Source of the DNA: Vicugna vicugna | Lineage: Eukaryota | NCBI GenBank assembly: GCA_013265495.1 | Contig: MU060072.1 | Span: 2,548,356 to 2,612,355 of the forward strand | Reading direction: 5' to 3' | DNA length: 64,000 nt | In this document: piece after piece, positions 61,641 through 64,000 of the stretch | Layout: the number at the start of each line of letters is the position of its first letter | Numbering within the stretch: position 1 is the first letter of the stretch | Translations under genes and position numbers: made by a program | Notes under the pieces: generated by a model | Seen by the model: only the letters and a program-made list of their open reading frames with translations | Databases searched by the model: none | What the model was told of the DNA's origin: nothing

Positions 61641-62205
61641 ATAAGATCACCTAGGTGGACAGAGAAGAGGAGGGGTCTAAAGAACATGCCCTCAGGGGGA
61701 CCCATGAAGAAAGAATCAACAAAAATGATGAAGAAGAAATTCTTTAATTTTCTTATCCATCAGAAAATCAGCTTTGATGTTTTGCTTTTCTCTCTGTCTT
61801 ATACCTACAAATCCACCCACCAAAAAAAGGCAGGGAGCGGGGATGGAGTCTCATCTACTAAAAGAAATAAAGTTACAACTTACTGACCCACTATCAATAC
61901 CTCTGCCTCTACTAGAACCTAACCAGTTGTATGAAGTGCAGTGATTTATTAAAGCATAAAGGAATTTGCTTTCCGAGAAGCTGTTAGTTTGTTTTCTGCT
62001 TCATCTCACAGTGAAAACTGTATATAACATTTGTCCAGGCATTTTATCATTAAAAGTCCCCTGAAAAAGAGAGGTTCCCAATTTTAATCCATAATCAGAG
62101 CAAAACTCACATCAGACAAAAAATTAAAACAGTGACCAAAAAAAAAAAAAATCAGAAAACCAGCAAGGTTCAGAAGCTTATTGAGACCAAAGGAAAAGAA
62201 NNNNN

Positions 62206-62560
62206 NNNNNNNNNNNNNNNNNNNNNNNNNNNNNNNNNNNNNNNNNNNNNNNNNNNNNNNNNNNNNNNNNNNNNNNNNNNNNNNNNNNNNNNNNNNNNNN
62301 NNNNNNNNNNNNNNNNNNNNNNNNNNNNNNNNNNNNNNNNNNNNNNNNNNNNNNNNNNNNNNNNATAAGACCGCTGCAAAGGGANNNNNNNNNNNNNNNN
62401 NNNNNNNNNNNNNNNNNNNNNNNNNNNNNNNNNNNNNNNNNNNNNNNNNNNNNNNNNNNNNNNNNNNNNNNNNNNNNNNNNNNNNNNNNNNNNNNNNNNN
62501 NNNNNNNNNNNNNNNNNNNNNNNNNNNNNNNNNNNNNNNNNNNNNNNNNNNNNNNNNNNN
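62206..62560 (-). CDS. Inferred internal exon (or two close exons), almost fully masked
   Basis: Upstream flank cttctttcaccgtttcatggactcatgcttctc|N; downstream flank N|ttcttttcc. N-blocks at 62201-62364 and 62385-62563 are separated by a 20-nt visible island. Boundaries assume CAG and GTRAG lie inside the mask. Confidence 0.45.
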
Positions 62561-62899
62561 NNNGAGAAGCATGAGTCCATGAAACGGTGAAAGAAGTTAC
62601 TGCCACGTTCCAGCCAAAGCAGGAGGCATTCACCAGAGAATCCAGAAGCGCAGAATGCCTGTAATCTCTGATTCCTTATAGCTTTATCATTCGCCATTTA
62701 AGAGGTTTCATACTGTGATGAACTGGAAGGCAAGTTACATTATATACCAGTTGGAAGATATACTTGATTTCTATGGCACAGTGATCTCCATACAGCAAAA
62801 TATCCAGCCAGTATATTGCAACACAACTGGCTGGGTGATCAAAAGCCAAACAAGATTTTGTAGCTTTAATCCAGGCCAGATGAGAATGTATGGAAAGAG

Positions 62900-63600
62900 A
62901 AATTGTCATATACGTCTAGTGGGAGAATAAACTGGTACCACCAGCTCTAGAGAACATTTGTAACATCTAATAAAATTTTAAGTGCACATTCCAAATGAAG
63001 CACCAAGTTCACTGTAAGGTGCACATGCTAAAGAAACTCTGGGCGAAATTACAAGATTGCTCGCTGCAAGATTATTTCCATAGGTGAAAAACTGGTAACA
63101 ATATAAATGTTCATAAATGGAAGAGTGGATAAATAAAATATATTTAAACAGTGAAATACAAAAGGAAGTTTTCAACTCCTAGTTAACTAGATCTGTATGT
63201 GTTAACTGGCTTAAGCTTCAAAATCATAACACTGAGTAAAAAAAAAAGCAAGTCTACAGAAGGATATAGAGTGACAAAATTTATGTAAAAAATTTTAGAT
63301 AACACCTAAAATCATAGAAAACATTTTTTATAGGTTTACACATATTTGAACAACAGTGAAAAAACAAAACCAGTAAGACGTACAATGAATTCATAACATG
63401 GGATGCCTCTGGAAACATTGGGAGGGCCATGGAACTAGAGACAGATTAAATATTTCACTTTATCTATGAAGATCTATTTCTTTAATTTTAAAAAAAAGAC
63501 ACAAATGACAAAATATTAGCAATTATCAATTCTGGGTGGTGGTAATAGAATTTTTGTTATAGTCCTTTCTGTTCTTCTTTTCTTTTTAATTTTCAAGGGG
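62900..63600 (+). mobile_element. Ancient L1ME 3' end remnant
   Basis: gggagaataaactggtacc...aaatgttcataaatggaagagtggataaataaaat...caaaatattagcaattatcaattctgggtggtgg. Confidence 0.65.
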
Positions 63601-64000
63601 AAAAATGAGTTCTGGCTATCACCTGGATAGAAAACTCAACTTTATTAAATTGCCCACTATTGAACGTACTGAGAGTTATTACTCACTCAGACTCAAAATT
63701 TGCCTTGGAGATGGAGAGTGGAGGCAGGAACAGTCTTTGCTGAAAACTTAGATCATGATAACACAGACAGCATCTCTTCAGTCCCTCAGCTGCCTGTTTT
63801 CCACCATTCAGGAACTCATGAAGAATCATCAACAGCTCGTATGGCGTTCCATTTTTTTCCAGGAAAGTTTGGCTCCATTTTTTAAAATTTATTTATTAAC
63901 ATTTTTTATTGATTTATAATCATTTGACTCCATTTTAGAGAATAAACAACAGAGGCCTTGGATATTAAGGAAAGAAAAGAAATCAAAACAAACTAGAAAT

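Larger units (their letters stand above)
3779..62560 (-). other. Large multi-exon gene (unidentified), exons hidden under N-blocks; probably extends beyond both window edges
   Basis: Ten N-blocks outside the L1 have minus-strand acceptor-like upstream flanks (e.g. ...tatttttcttccctg|N, ...ttctcctattg|N, ...tttctctaaaattctg|N, ...catgcttctc|N). Their downstream flanks mostly start with T or GT, as expected for the tail of GTRAGT. No start or stop exon was seen. Confidence 0.7.

Noticed and set aside
3774-62563. N-blocks as collapsed SINE insertions
   Set aside because: No TSDs or A/T tails flank them, and the two camelid SINEs in the window are left unmasked.
62178-62600. Plus-strand processed pseudogene (DKTAAKG...EKHESMKR*)
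   Set aside because: No recognisable protein, polyA or TSD; the flanks are better explained by minus-strand splice signals.
214-63885. The short ORFs in the supplied six-frame track as stand-alone genes
   Set aside because: Apart from the L1 ORF2 fragment (1268-1621), none resembles a protein I recognise. Many lie in repeats or low-complexity DNA, or are open only because they cross N-runs.

Overview
Mammalian intronic DNA, most likely camelid. This rests on two tRNA-Ala-derived Vic-1-type SINEs and a camelid-type L1 3' end, with no Alu, B1/B2, Bov-A/BovB, PRE-1 or CAN-SINE seen. Most of the visible sequence is decayed MIR, L2, L3/CR1, L1, MaLR/ERV1 LTRs and hAT/Tigger MITEs. No ORF in the supplied track looks like a free-standing gene; the only protein homology I recognise is an L1 ORF2 C-terminal fragment. 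The main observation concerns the N-blocks. One of the 11 lies inside an L1; the other ten have flanks that read as splice-acceptor and splice-donor remnants on the minus strand. They appear to hide about 9 internal exons of one large, unidentified minus-strand protein-coding gene spanning at least 3.8-62.6 kb. Secondary observations include a candidate internal promoter/first exon (~32.65-33.3 kb), a candidate 124-nt poison exon, a MER53 (miR-1302-type) hairpin, an antisense ERV1 solo LTR between two exons, and several nested insertions with target-site duplications (TSDs). I could not name the gene and found no convincing novel biological system. All repeat family names are from memory of consensus sequences, not from a search.
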